This document shows positions 1 to 14,300 of a stretch of 64,000 nucleotides of DNA, piece after piece. The stretch is from Oikopleura dioica (Eukaryota > Animalia > Chordata). The notes below the pieces were generated by a model. That model was not told the origin of the DNA. It saw only the letters and a program-made list of their open reading frames with translations, and did not search any database. The position numbers and the translations under genes were made by a program. Location: the NCBI GenBank assembly GCA_907165135.1, contig OU015568.1, positions 16,503,208 to 16,567,207 of the forward strand, written 5' to 3'. Numbering within the stretch: the stretch's first letter is position 1; the number at the start of each line of letters is the position of its first letter.

Positions 1-165
1 TTTTCCATAAACTCGGTAAAAATCGTTCCATTTCTTATTTTTGATTTTGTTTTGAAAAGAACCGGAAAATGGGGATAATCAGCAAAATGAACATGTGAGT
101 TTCTTAGAAAAATCATGAGCGATAAGAGAGTTCTATCAAACTGATTCATCCGATTCTTAATATAA

Positions 166-560
166 TTAATAATACTTCCTTAAATAATACGAAACCTTAT
201 AATTGTCTGATAGGCCCACAAAAACCTTAATAACTTTGGATTTTTTCCAGTCCTTTTCATTTTTTGTTGCTCTTTCCACAACATAAAAAGAAAAATTCTC
301 GTTTGAGAAAAGAGATCCCAGGATTAGCATGTTGATAGCCATTTGACGTTCTTTCGGATCCGTTATGTGTTTTTCCCGATTCCGTGTCTCATATACTCGT
401 TTTTCTGGATTTTTATTGTCCTTTTTATTCTTGTCGTAGTGGATAAAAGATCGTATATTTGATTGAAAGTCTCCAACGCAGCTCATTGCACACATTGCTA
501 TAATGTTGTCGATGCAATCTTCCTTTGATTTTTCAAAATTATCCTCAAATAAATTTATAC
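166..560 (-). CDS. Uncharacterised open reading frame (possible exon of a gene extending off the left edge)
   Basis: Over 100 aa of stop-free, K/E-rich reading frame in AT-rich DNA; no recognisable motif. Confidence 0.25.
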
Positions 561-1548
561 TCTTTTCACTTGCTTAAAGCTTACATTGAATTTTTTACGA
601 AATTCTGAATCCATTTTACGCGTGTCTTTCTCGAATAAGAATTGCAACTCTATTTGACTTGCCGTATTCGAGCAGAAGAATTAGTAGACTTATGTTTACG
701 CTGACCAAATACAATACAAATACGACAGTCAAAGACCTTGAAAATTGACTAATTTTCCAACGGAAATTTCAACAGTGAAAAATTTTTGTTGATGGAAATA
801 AAAGAAATCGAAAATTGTTTTGTAAAAATATACATTTATTCATTCATAAAATAAAGTAACAGTATCAAAAATACAGAAGAATCATATTTTCAAAATCATA
901 AGGGATGAATCTTTTGGGGAGTGGCAGGGCGGAAGAAGCTGAGAAGCCGACCAGGATGGAGAAGGTTGGAGGAATCGTAGCCAGAATCCCCGTTGCTAGA
1001 AAAATTCGATTATCACAAGATTAACCCGTTACGGCGCAGAGCAGCGCCCATTAGCGAAATATTTCGCCGCAGCGAGACAACCCGGTTAGCGCGAATTTAT
1101 ACAAAGCTGTAAGATGGAAGCTGATATTTATTCTCTACACGTCAGAGCATAGAAGTCAGTAGAAGTACTGTAATGGCATTTTAAAACTAGGAAGAACGTG
1201 TGTTAACCCGCTAGGAGATGTTATTTTGAAGATAAAAGGATGTCCCGCTAAAGGGGTTAAATAAAACAAGCGCGCGAACGAGGTTAAAAAAGAAAGATAA
1301 AAAAGAGGGTTTCAGTTTCGAGGAAAAATATACCTTGGCGGTTTCCAACGGGGAGATCGGCGACGACGCCTTCGATGACGGGATCGACCCGCTCGAAGGG
1401 CGAATAGATTAATTGGAAGGCCATTGTTGATTGTTTCGTTGTTGGATTCAGCGTTGTCTTCCTGGTCGGCTTCTTCGGGGTTCGTTTCAATCTTGCTTTT
1501 AGGCTTTTCAATATATTCATCTTTTTATCAAGAATCAATAGATATTCC

Positions 1549-1757
1549 CAAAATTGCTTACTAAAGATCGAGTTTTCTTTGTCCTAAATTGTCGGTAAAA
1601 TATTCACTGTTGATCCCTAAATTGTCGATTTTCGGATGAGCTTTAGTTTGGCAGGGATTTGATTGGCCAATCGTGACTCGACAATTTAGGGCTCCATTTG
1701 GATGATTTATCAACAATTTAGGACAGAAATTCGTCGATCTTTAGCAAGCAATTTTGA
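1549..1757. mobile_element. Palindromic MITE-like element (cctaaattgtcg / cgacaatttagg family)
   Basis: caaaattgcttactaaagatcga...gtcctaaattgtcg pairs with cgacaatttaggg...tcgatctttagcaagcaattttg. Related cccaagattgtcg cores occur near 6390-6480, 12330-12370, 21490-21630 and 22750-22880. Confidence 0.65.
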
Positions 1758-2200
1758 CTAAAGACTTGCTGTTTTGACGAAAGGAATAAGGGTGTCTTCA
1801 AGAGTGCGTCAACGTGGTAAAGTGTTAAATTTCAAGCCCATCCCTTTTTCACCGCTTTTCGCTTCGACGGAATGAACGGTTTTTGCTTGATCGGTTCTTT
1901 GGGCGGAGGCGGGCGATTTCCCTAAAAGTGAAATAATTTGACGCAAAATGCCAATTAACTCGATTAAATTGGGACAAGGGGATTAGGTCAATGCGCGCGT
2001 AATTGAGTCAACTTACGTTCATGTATTCGTCGAGCTTGATTCCGTGGCTCGGAGCGTCATCAGGGTCCCATTTAGGCAGCGGTCAAGTAAAGGGCTCACA
2101 AATATTTGAAAATAGATGTCAAGTCAAATTCGCAAATCTAAATCGCCAGTTGAAAACAAGCTCTTACAGTCTTTATTCGATTCTATCTTTGTGGCTGAAT

Positions 2201-2361
2201 TCATGAGCCGGACCTGTCATATCCTTCTTTTCCTGCGAGCCAGTACGTAGTGAGTACACCCTTGCCCTTTAGCTCGACTGTACCACGTTCTTGAATCTGG
2301 AATCCTTCGTCCGATTTGAGCAGGCATTCGCGCGTTGACCAACTGATATGGATTCGTGAGG
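2201..2361 (-). CDS. Guanylyl cyclase last coding exon
   Basis: tttttag acceptor; [44 protein letters not shown]...stop. Confidence 0.92.
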
Positions 2362-5300
2362 CTAAAAAGGATGCATAATTGCTTCGCAGCGGGATTAAAC
2401 TCTTTATCTCGAGTTCCTTTCGTATCCGAGCACGTAGCGCGAGATATAGACAAAAAGACTGTCGTGGCACTTGAGTAAATCGCTAGAAACGTGATGGAAC
2501 GATCTTTTTTTGACGATTTTAAAGTTATAACTAAATGGTATCCACGAGTAAACTCATTTTTCACGCGTTGGTTTTGTTTCACTGCAAATAGCATTTCTAA
2601 TTACTCGTAACTTACGTAGCCCATTTGACTCCATTCTCGAAGCTGTGTTGATAGTGTCTCCAAAGAGACAATATCTAGGCATGGCAAGGCCGACTACTCC
2701 CGCCACAGCTGGTCCAGAATGCAACCCAATGCGGATCTTCATCGGCACCTCGGGCATATGTCTGAAATAATAGCAATTAAAAATTAGCTTAATTACTTCA
2801 TAATTGAATGGCATTGGCCTCGGAAACCTGTGTTAAATCCTGAGTCAGGGTCTGAAAAAGTTTTTAACAGTCTTTCAGAACCCTGAGTCAGGTTTTTACA
2901 CGGGTTTTTGAGCCCAGAAATATCCCGTTTTTTCTTTATCTGAAAAGAATCAGAAAGAGGCCATTCAATTAAAAGCCTATTTCGCGGTGCGACTGGATCT
3001 CCCTACCTCATAATAAAACTCCCGGTGGCGGATAGAATATCCATCGCCAGCATGCAAATTTCAGGCGCATGTCGGTCGCCAATCTTGAAAGGCACTCCAG
3101 AACTGACCATGTACGCGTCACCAATGGTTTCGACTTTGTAGACTTCGTATTCGTCGATGATGTTGTCGAACAAGGTGTAAAGGTCGTTCAGCAAATCGAC
3201 GACTTCGAAGGGGGTTGAGGCCGCTGAAAGAAGTATACGTAAGAAAGGAAGCTCTTAGGATCAATATTTTTGTTTTAAAAAATAGTCGGAGGAAGAATTA
3301 TGAAAATCAGCCTTGGTAATCATTTAAACCCGGATATAAGATTTATAATTCGAACTCAGTTGAGCTGATCTAATCATGATCCACTTTGCTTATTAGCATA
3401 AGCATGCGTCAGCGGGAGACGTATCAAAATGCTCCTAAGGTCAGTTCCTGAGCGTTGCATCAGCTCGAATTTTAAGAAAGGGTTTTGAAAGGTCAAATTT
3501 GTTTATTTCATAAGGGAAGGGGGGTTCTTACCTGAGATTGAGGTGAATCCGCAAATGTCGGAGAAGTAAATCGTCGTTTCGTCGTAACAAACTAAAATAG
3601 AAAATAATTAACACCATGTAATTTTTTGTTATAACCTGTGTAAAAAACCTGAGTCAGGGTTTGAAAGATCTCAAATGAAAAGCCGCGCTTATTGTTAAAC
3701 GAAGCCGCAAAGCAGCTTCGGTATTCAATTGTTTGGACTTGAAATTCAGGTTTCCAAAACCTGACTCAGGTTTTCTACACAGGTTTCTGAGCTCAAAAAG
3801 CGATTCCTTGAGGTCCGCTCGTCTAAACTGAACTTTTGTCTTGTTAAAAATATTTTGTATTCTGTCGGCCGCTTTGATAAGATAACTCTCTCTTTTCCAT
3901 AACTTTACATAAAAAAAAAGGCCACATACCTGGTAACACCGTCTCGCCATTTTGTAATCGCTGGGCAATCTCGACTGGCATCATTCTCGCCAGCAACTCT
4001 TGCGACTTCTTCTTTTCGACTTCCAACTCGGCTGTTCGGGCTTTGACGATGTCTTCGAGGTGGTTCGAGTATTCTTCCAACATTTTCATCATGTTGTCCA
4101 CGATGTTCGTTTTCTTGCCTTTTTGGACTTTTGACAAAGCATCGCAGATTTGAGAAAAGGTTAGGCGTCGCTCTGGTTCTTCGTCCCAGCATTCTTTGAT
4201 CATCGACTTTTTCGGGTCAAAAAAGAAAACAAAGAAAGGGGTCTTCCTTCTTCCTATTCAAAAAATTTTTAATAGGGCTACCCTTTAGCGCTCGTAACTC
4301 CGCCACGGAGTTTAAATGAAAAGCCGCGTAGCGGCTTTTTAAAAACGAAGCCGCAAAGCGGCTTCGCAAATAAACCATATAAATTTTCTTCAAACTTCTG
4401 CCGAAGCCGCTTTGCGGCTTCGTGTTTAAAAAAGCCGCTACGCGGCTTTTCATTTAGACTCTTCCAAAGCCTGACTCAGGTTTTTTACTCAGGTTGCCGA
4501 GTCCACCTGTATATAAAATATGGAAAAGCTGTTACTAAAAGCCGCTTAGCGGCTTTTTTAAAAACGAAGCCGCGGAGCGGCTTCGGCAAAAATACGAACT
4601 AAACCTTCTTTACAATTTTTCCAAAGTCGCTACGCGGCCTTAAGGGTACGGGTGTCGGCGAGGCTCTAACTAGGGCTCAATTCCTCGTGATATAGAAGTG
4701 GTGGACAAAATTCGCCTACATCAGTGCAAAGATCCATTCTAGTTCTACATTTTGTCAAGAGGAAATTTGGATTTATATAGATTTTTTGTTTTAAAAATTG
4801 GCTCGAAGTCGTGATCTCGACCAAAAAGTGTGAAAATGGGCCTAAAAGAGGCTTCAATTCCGAAGAAATGAGCCTGTAAAAATACCTTTTTTATATTTTT
4901 ATGTGAAAATTCAGACTCTTATCTTAATTTTGTCAAGAGATTTTTGAGATTGAAAAACATTTCGTATGGAATTAAATTTTTTGAAAAAAACTATCCTTGT
5001 TTTTACACCGAAAATTAGCATTTTTTGAAACTGAGCGACACATTTTCGGCTCTAAAAATGTTTTGAGACAGACTCACGTAAAACCGAGAATATCATGATG
5101 ATCATCATTCTCTAAGCTTTCTAAAAAGCCCCGGATGAAAAAAATCTGAGCCGAAAAAATTTTTTCGATAATTTTTTACGAGAGCATAACTCGTAAAACA
5201 AGAATGATAGCGGCTGACAATTAATTATGACTCGAGCTTAAATTTTCTGTAGAGTTCGATAAAATACTTTGTTTTTATCCACATTATATTATTACGGGCG

Positions 5301-8300
5301 ATAGAAAGCCGACACCCGTACCCTTAAATAAGAGCATTTATTGTACAAGAAAAATAAAATCTCTATAAACAATTACTTGGTCGTTTCTTTAGTTGACGAG
5401 AGTTCAATTACATTTCACTTGACCCAAAAAGTTTTTTTCAATCAAGATTTAAAATCCTTGAGCGTAACTTAGATCTCAGAGAAAGGAAGAAATTAGAGGC
5501 AGTCCATATTGTTCTCGATAGGCCTGATCTCAATATTCAAGTCCATCATGAGAGTATAAGTTTTGTTTGAAGATTTTATATCGAGACAGGGGCTTTTACG
5601 CGCGGAAAAAGGTTGCCCCTGTCTCATTGTCAACATTTCGGCGCTTATTGTTGTTTTTCTTTTTGAAAAATCTCTAGAACACCAGTGATTGTGGTAGTTG
5701 TTTTCGATTTTCCAATCAGTTCTGTCTTTGCATCACTTAAGGTAACAGCTTTTTTTATGTTTCTGATTTTCCAACTATTTCTCTGTAGCACTGAAGAAGC
5801 CGTAATGGCGAAAAGCTTCTGCTAAATAAATGAAATGTAATTACTTGGTCGTATAAGCTGTCGAGAAGTGGGTTTTGCTGAGAAACTCGTGCAATAATCC
5901 TTAGTTCTATAAAGTAGCTTTGTCTAATCTTGAAATGTGAGTGCTTAAAAACGCCACTTTTACCACGAAAAATGCAACATTTTCGACCTGTTCCTTGACT
6001 TGGTAGGGGCAGAGCGAGGTGGGAATCGACGGTCTAAATGAAGAAGATGAAGCGTGTTAATTCTCGAAATTCCATGGTGATCCGGGTCATTGCCAGAGGA
6101 GAATAATCAGACATGGGTTAATGAGCTGAAGCATTTCCGTGAAACAGGGCCACTCGAACGTGGGCTCAATATGTATGTACTGTTGGAGCCCTCGAGACTA
6201 GAATTAATTTGCGTACGAAAATTTTGAACCAGAACTCGAGCAACTTGAATTCGACATGACTCGTGAGTCACGACAAAGCTCAAGAAATTCAATTGTCACG
6301 TGATTCTGATCAATTTTCCCGGTTTTTGTAATTCTTGACTTTTAGGGTTAGGGTTAGAGTCCAAGATAGTCAATTAAATTTAAAGATGCCCAAGATTGTT
6401 CATTCGTGATTCAACATCCTTTATCTGCGCGATATTGACAATCTTGGGCCCGGTTTTTGAACTTTATTTGACTATCTCGGACTCAAAAAAGGAAGATTTT
6501 GAGTCAAAATGTCGACAAAACCTTTGATCAAAGGAAAACTAACCAGAAGAAAGGGACTAAACCAAAAAATGAAAGTGAATTTTTGGATTGCCAATAAGAT
6601 TGCTTTATTTGGCCTACCAGCCAATCAAAACCCTAATTCATAAAATTACTTGCATTTTTTGGTTCTGCTAGGAAAAAAATGCAGTCGAAGCATTTTCTAA
6701 GTTGGATAAAAACAGTGACTAGAAGGTTCGCTGGAAATTTCACACCTGAGGTGTCTTTGTTAACCTTTTTTCTAAATTCATCAGGCGTCAAAAAAAAAAA
6801 GACTCGGGCTAGGAAAGAGAGGGAAACCTCCACTTGGCTAATTAACGGATCCGAGGATACGTATCCTGGTGCTATAATTAGCGGTTTATTTTGATGTTTG
6901 AGGCAGTTTACGGCAGCAGGGAACGTGGATCAAAATCCTGGACAACACCCACTTTGATATTGAGCGCATTACGGGGAGTTACATGCCGAAAACGTTGTTA
7001 ACCAGTTTTGTAACGTGCCTGTAAGCTCGGTAAATAGCATCAAACACTGAATTAGCTCGTGATTAAGAGGAGACACCTCAAAGTAAACACTGAGTTTACG
7101 AGCATTTTTCCTAAGGGGAATCGAGCTTGATACTTCGTAAGAAAAATTAGGGTGTATCTTTGAAATCAGACTTGAAAATTTAACCCCTTGGCGTCTAAAG
7201 TTCACTTTCTGTGCAATATATTCTGCTTGGCTGGCTCAAATCGACAAAAAATCGCGATAATTCAGATCGAGATTTTGTTCAAATTAAAGACCAATCAGAT
7301 TTCCGCATTAGGCAGCTAGGCGAATCAGATTTCAGAAAAAGAAAATTTCGCGAAAAATCGATTTTTTGTCGAATCTTTTTGTCTCAATCTTTGATTGTCC
7401 AAAAACTTGGAAAATTATTAAGGGTATCAGCACAAAAGTCAAGTGGAATTGTCAATTATCGAAAGCCCAGAGAAATTGTCGTTTTGAAAATACGGTTATT
7501 ACCTGAGAAGCGGCGGTGGTCGTCGAATCCTGCTAATAATCGCTTTTGGCGAGTAGCCCGTGTTTGAAAAGGGTTCACCGCGGAGGACGATTTCGGAAGC
7601 AATAATCGCAAAGGCGTATACGTCTCCTTTCTAAAAGCAAATGTGAGGACGAATTTATTTTCTAATCGCTGCTCTCTCTCTAAACTAAGCCCTAAGCTCT
7701 CAACCGTATCAGATCAAAGCAAAGGAACAGCGGCCATGTAATATCCGTCGCGCTTGTTTGTTAATTACAACAACCGCTCGGAAGTTTTTTCTAAACAATG
7801 CTACTATCATTTTTCACTTTTAAAAACCTGTATAGAAAACCTGAGTCAGGCTGTGAAAAGCCGCGTAGAATAAAAAATAGATAAAGACGTCAATATTAGC
7901 GAAGCCGCAAAGCGGCTTCGTTTGAAAAAGCCGCTACGCGGCTTTTCAATTAGGCTCTTCAGAACCTGACTCAGGTTTTTACACAGGTTTCCGAGCCCAA
8001 AATGCTCAGTTCAAAAAATTTTTATCAAAGACCATAAATGGTCCGCTTCTTTGGTCAGTTGGTGCGTTTTTTGGCTATCTGGGAGCATTAAACAATCCAT
8101 AGTCTCTTTTGCTAGGCCTCGGGTGTCTCAGTCCCCGTGAACCTCGTTCCCAGAGATCTTAAATCATGAGGGGCACTCGCTATGGCCGCAACTCTGAGCG
8201 TGAGTTTAGGTCACACTGTGTCATCGACAACTTCTTCAAGAAAAACTCAAATAATGGAATGAAAATAACCCAAAGCCAATTAAAACGCTCGATCTTCGGG

Positions 8301-11300
8301 ATAACCAATCAGAAGTAAGATTTTTCATCGCTTCTATTGGTCTTTTTCTTGCTTCCTATTGGTCAAAATTTTAAGTACAACTTACAGCTATTCGTTCGTC
8401 CAATAAGAAGCCGGACGAATAAAATCGTCCATTTATGATGATTTTTGACGCGGTTTCTTATTGGTCGAGCAGAAAACTCTGTTTAACCGTTTATTTTGAC
8501 CAATGAGAAGCTTTCTGATTGGCTGATCTCGAAAATTGAGCTTTTGATTTGCTTTGAGCATCGATTTTGCTCCATCTTTAGTCCTTATGAAAAGTCAAGA
8601 TAAAAGTTCGATGCAGTTTCTAAGCAAAGCTAGATGAAAGAAAAGTAAGCCGCTAATTGGAAGCCTCTGGTCGCTGATAAGAGGGATCTCTCGGTTGGGA
8701 AGATGGATCAAAGTGGTTACTTTACCTGAGTCCCCTTGCGCCGCAACTTTTCATCTTTGAGCAGCTCAGGAGCGGTCTTATTTTAAGGATCGCCAGGGGT
8801 TTATTTCAGCCTCTCTTTTCCTCGAGAGCCGGATTAAAGTGCTTAGAATTTTTCGCAAACGTAAACAAGAAAGAAAATTTATTTTAATCCAAATGGAATT
8901 CCAGCTCAGCGCTTTAAAATCGCCGATTTCGTCAAAAAATCGACAATTTTTGGCTCAAAATGGTCGAAAAATTTGAAAAATTCGATGATTTTTGTAAAAA
9001 TTTGTCCGAAAATTGCAATTTTTCGTCCAAACGAAAATTTTTCGACCAAAATTGCCACTTTTGGACCAAAAAATCGTCGAATTTTTCAAGTTTTTGGACA
9101 ATTTTTAGCTAAAATTGGCCATTTCTTGACTAAATCAGCGATTTAAAAACCTTGAACATTTCAAAATTACAATTTCAAAAGCAATTTTTGAAGCGACATT
9201 TTTGTTTGCACAGTGTAATAATTTCCAAGCCCCCTCCAATTAGCCCTGAACTTAGCGGGGTTCTCTAAGCTCTCGCCCGATCAACCGTAAGCTCTGTATT
9301 TATCCGCCGCTGCTCCCTTAATGAGCTAACATCTGCTCTGCATAAGTGGCGACCCCGACCCCAAAGTAAATCCTCGGAGGACTCGTTTTCTTGAACCTCG
9401 TCGTACATGTTCTGCGCGTCGTAGAGCCGCGGCAAGCCGTAGTCGGTGATTTTGCATGTGAATCGACCGTCCACCACGCAGTTGGTTGATTTTAACCTGA
9501 ACGAAAAACCGCCAGTGACAAAACGATAATCAAGAGTTACGAATTAAGGGAATCCCAGTTGTACTCGAACCGCAGTGATTGATTCACTCGATTAGGGATT
9601 ATTGTTCGAAGAAAATAGAAATTTTAAGCAGAAAAACTATCCTTTTTAGGGTTAACTAAACCGGGTTCGAAATCGATTTCGGTTAGGGTTAGGGTTAGGT
9701 TAAGGATAAGGGTGAGCGTTGTATTTCAGTGTAAACCTAATTTTAGTCGAGTAGAAAACTGAATCTTGAATAAATTCTTCTTTATTTTCGAGCAGTCGAA
9801 AATTCGAGTCGAAAACTTTTTCGAAAAAGTCGAAAACCCTACTCGAAAAATTCTAAAATCAAGTCGAAACCCTAACCCTAACCCTAGCCGTTACCAAAAA
9901 ATGGAAGTGCATTTTTGATTACCAATGAGATTGCTGTATTTGGCCTACCGGCCAATCAGAACCCTGATCCATAAATTTACTTCCATAATTTTGTTAAACT
10001 CAACCCTAACCCCTTAAAAGGGTGAGCTCTAGAATATGATACCTTCCATGAAGTTTGACATCACTTCCATGCAAATATTTCATCCCTCTTGCCAAATCTT
10101 CGATCAGACTTTTTACGGATCTTTTTCCTGTATTTTCATGTCTTCACTTTCGCACCTGCCGATGAGAAGCGAAATCCTCACGTGAGAAAGAGATGCTCCC
10201 TGAAATTCAGGGCTAAACCAAATTAAGGGACCTTGGCGAGCTGGCTGAAGCGCGACTTCACGAGCGCTTCATTGATTTTCGACATAAGCTATTTTCAAAA
10301 TTCTTTTACAAACATAATCTACTGATACTCTTCTTTCTTTTCCAGTTTTTAGATTTTCTCTACCATTTGTAATTCAGTCGCTATTGTCGAAAAGAGAAGT
10401 TGAACTTCAAAAGATTCAGCACTTTCAATTTTTAAGAAATGAAATTATAATTACTTTCATCGGAAAGCCCAGAAAATTCTGCACAGAAGTTACCTAATGG
10501 GGTTTTATAAAAATCATTGATGTAGTGGTAAGAATCTGTAATCCATAGTTATTAACGCGCGCTTTGCGGGAATCGAACGCAAACAAGCCAAAATAATGCC
10601 TCGCGCAGCGAGAAAGCCCGAAGTGGAACCGATCCACTCCGGAAAAGCTCGCCTTGGACTCGGCAGGTTATTGTTATCATAACCCCATTAGGTAACTTCT
10701 GTGCAGAATTTTCTGGGCTTTTCGATGAAAGTAATTATAATTTCATATCTTAAAAATTGAAAGTGCTGAATCTTTTGAAGTTTAACTTCTCTTTTCGACA
10801 ATAGCGACTGAATTACAAATGGTAGAGAAAATCTAAAAACTGTAAAAGAAAGAAGAGTATCAGTAGATTATGTTTGCAAAAAGAATTTTGAAAATAGCTT
10901 ATGTCGAAAATCAATGAAGCGCTCGTGAAGTCGCGCTTCAGCCAGCTCGCCAAGGTCCCTTAAGGGTGTCAACAACGATTCTGGCCATATTTGTAACAAT
11001 AGTTTAAGTGACTTCCCTATTCATATTTAAATTTTTTCTTCACTTATATCTAAGATTGAACCCTTATCTACAAAGTAAATTTGACGAAAATCTAAAATAC
11101 TAATCCACTAATCCCCACCGCGGCTTCAAAGAAACTTTGAATCCATAAATTCGGTATACTTGTAACAATAGTTTTGGTATCTTCCCAAAATTCAATTTCG
11201 ATAGTTTTTGCACAGAATGAAAGCTCAAACACTTTTCTACAAAGTAAATTTGAGGGATTTTCGAAAACTGTACTGCATGCACTTTTTTCATGCATTGTTA

Positions 11301-14300
11301 TGAGTAACGATTTTTTCAAAGTTTGAACTCGATTCTAGTACTGTTCCTGTGCATCGATGTGTTTCATTTCCAGAATCATAATAGTTTGATCCTATGACAA
11401 TACCCCCGAGGGCTCAGATTGAGCACTCATTAATCCTTTAATCCCCTTTTCCGGCGCCAAAGTGCAGGTGTTTGCGACTTTTGGCGCCCTGTTTGAACAC
11501 GAAAAATAGCTTGATCTTATCGCAACGGGTATCATTGAAAAGAGAATTTCACAAGCTTTCAGAAAATATATAGATTGCTTTATAAAATATAAATTTTAAA
11601 AATATCATTTATTACAGTGCATTTCTATGGAACGTCAATGCATTAGCGCGCCCATAGAATCGGTCATATCTCGAGAACTAGATGAGATATTGAAGATCTG
11701 AAAAAGCTTTGGAATCAGCGTCTGATATGTTACAAATAAAGGCTCGATCAGCAAATCAGACATGACTTGAACCGATCGTTGTTCACACCCTTAAGGAAGT
11801 AATAAGATAGGAAGTGACAAAAAGGAAGTGATACTTTTGGAATGGGTTTTCATTGGCCGGTAGGCCAAATGCAGCGATCTTATTGGTCTTCAGAAAATGC
11901 ACTTCCTTTTTTGTCGCTTCCTATCTTTATACTTCCTGATTTTGGTTTGTGCCGAAATTCAAATCTGTCCGCTTCCTGAATTTGAAATCCCAATTTAACT
12001 GATACTCCGATTTCGTCAGCAGCTGGTTCAAACAAGCTCGCGAGCTTTTTCGGGTTCAAAGAAAATTGTTGAGTTAGAGGATTCTAAAAGTGAGGAAAGA
12101 AAAGTGCTGTGCTGAACCCGAGACAATAGCCCATAAGGAGACCGCAGCACGTCTGGCCGGAATAGAAGCCGATGAAGGTGTTGATGTTTTCGTGGCGCAA
12201 ATCGCGAAGCTCTTAATTGCTACTCTTAGAAAGATGAAACAAAGAATTTCCGCAAAAAAGGAAGAATCAATATCTAGGTGACTTGTGCTCAGGAACTTGA
12301 CGAGAGTTGATTAAACTCCAGAAAATCGGCCCAAAATTGTCGATTTTTAAAATTGACAATCTTGGGCTAAATCTCTGAAGCTACATCAACTAATTTAGGC
12401 CGAAAGCCAAGAACCTATTAAACGTTTTTGTTCCCATTTGACTATTCTTTCCTTATTCATGTGGCTTTCGTTTTTACGCGCCCACTCAACGATAAGCCCG
12501 CCACGTAACTCTGTAGAGACTCTAGCACAAGTTTTCATCTTTCCAAGTTCCCATCCTCTTTCCAAGCCCCGTTCAAGCTCTTTAGAAACATAAAATACAC
12601 CTCGCAAAATAACACGCTATTCCGTTTGCCCAGTCGTTCCATTCCGCAGAAATCTAAATTGACCGAAAAACAACACGCGCCAAAATAAACTGAGTCTTAG
12701 AAATGTACCAAGCTCCGGTCGTTCTGGATAAGACGACCGCAAATGGTATATTTTTGAACTTCAAGTTCAAGACTTGAAAACAAAGTCGTTCAGATTTCGA
12801 AAGCAGAAATTCATTAACTTAGTGCCTTATCTCTTTTAATCTGACCGCTACTGGGCTTGGCGACCCGTGTAGAATCTGTAGATGCCTGACTCAGGGTCTT
12901 CTTAGACTAGAAACTTGGGAAGTAAAGCCTTGCGCGTAACAATGAACTTCTTGGTAGGAAGTGGCTTAAGATTATTGTGAAAACATTGCTGAAAGACGTG
13001 GAAACTCGTTTTTATCGGGAGTGGGTATTACCGCTATCTTCGCAAATGTGAACAAACTCTTTCCAAGGTGTGGGCCGAGGATATATATATTTTGATGTTT
13101 TTCGGAATCGCTTTGGAAGAAATATCAAGCGCCAGAAATTCGCAACTCACGAGTGTTGTGGTTTACGTTTACGAAACGAAAAATAAGCTGGAAATTTTGG
13201 GTACCTTTTGGCTCGACACAATTTTTGGAGTTAAGAAGATTTGGAGTAAGCTAAGAGGAGCAACTTTATTTTCCGGAGATACTCCAAATCGGAGCAAAAT
13301 TTCAAAGCCGATTTTAATGGTGTTAAGGGCCTCCCGGCCCTGTCAAACCCCGGCAAAAACGCGCCTCGGGCCCGGGCTTTCTTTTGAGCTATTCAGATAC
13401 CCTTAAATATTTCTGCAACACCCTTAAAATCGGCGTTGAAATTTTGCTCCAATTTGGAGTATCTCCGGAAAATAAAGTTGCTCCTCTTAGCTTACTCCAA
13501 ATCTTCTTAACTCCTAAAATTGACCATAGCCCTACCTTTTAGTTCCCGTTTGAAGCTTTGCCTCGGTTCGAAAGTCGTCGGAAACTTCTTGATGTAAACG
13601 ATGTCGCCTTATTCTCGATTGAAAACTGTCTAAAGAGAGCTGAAATTCCAGGAGCCCGAACGTGGCCAATTTCGTTTTCTTTGGATCTGAAGCGGAATTT
13701 CGCGCTCTTTGTCTCGTTTTCAACCGGTTCCTTTGAGGAAGCACAGGTTTCCACTCGACTCGGTCATGTTAACGCCTTTTCGCGGGGGTGATCTTTTCTG
13801 ATCTTGCCATTTTTGCTTTTTCTACTGCATAGCTAAGATTTTTTTTTCCGAATTTTTAAAATATTTTTTTCTATTTTTTTTTTAAATTTCGGATTTTTAA
13901 ATTTAAGATTTCGCTTTTGATTCATTTTTTTGAAAAATGATCGTCCCGGTCCTTCATCTTCCTCCTCTTCATCCTTCTTCCTCTCTTGATCCTCCTCATC
14001 TTCTTCTCCTTGCGAAGCTTTTTGCCGTCTAAGAACAAATTTATTTATTTTGCCTCCAAGAAGACAAAACTCGAATTAATTTCTGATCAGCTATTTTCGG
14101 GATTTTCTCCTTTTGCTAAGCCGTTTCTAGGTCCTCCTCTTCTCAAACAGGTTCACAAAAAACTGCACAAAAGTAGCTTAATTGAAAGCGAAGCCAAGTG
14201 TTCTCCGATTTACCAGATTAACTTCGGATTAGTCGTCTAAAAACCGCGAAAAACGCCGCAAAATACAATTCTTGAAACTTATTTTTGAGCTCTATTTAGA

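Noticed and set aside
1021-1260. piggyBac-like MITE (TTAA-CCC...GGG-TTAA)
   Set aside because: TIR similarity beyond the first three bases is weak; it could be a degenerate element but is not supportable.
895-1520. Small two-exon minus-strand gene
   Set aside because: Plausible splice sites exist, but the product is short, motif-free and frame-ambiguous.
9680-9890. True telomere or chromosome end
   Set aside because: Only 2-3 TTAGGG units per tract, embedded in introns.
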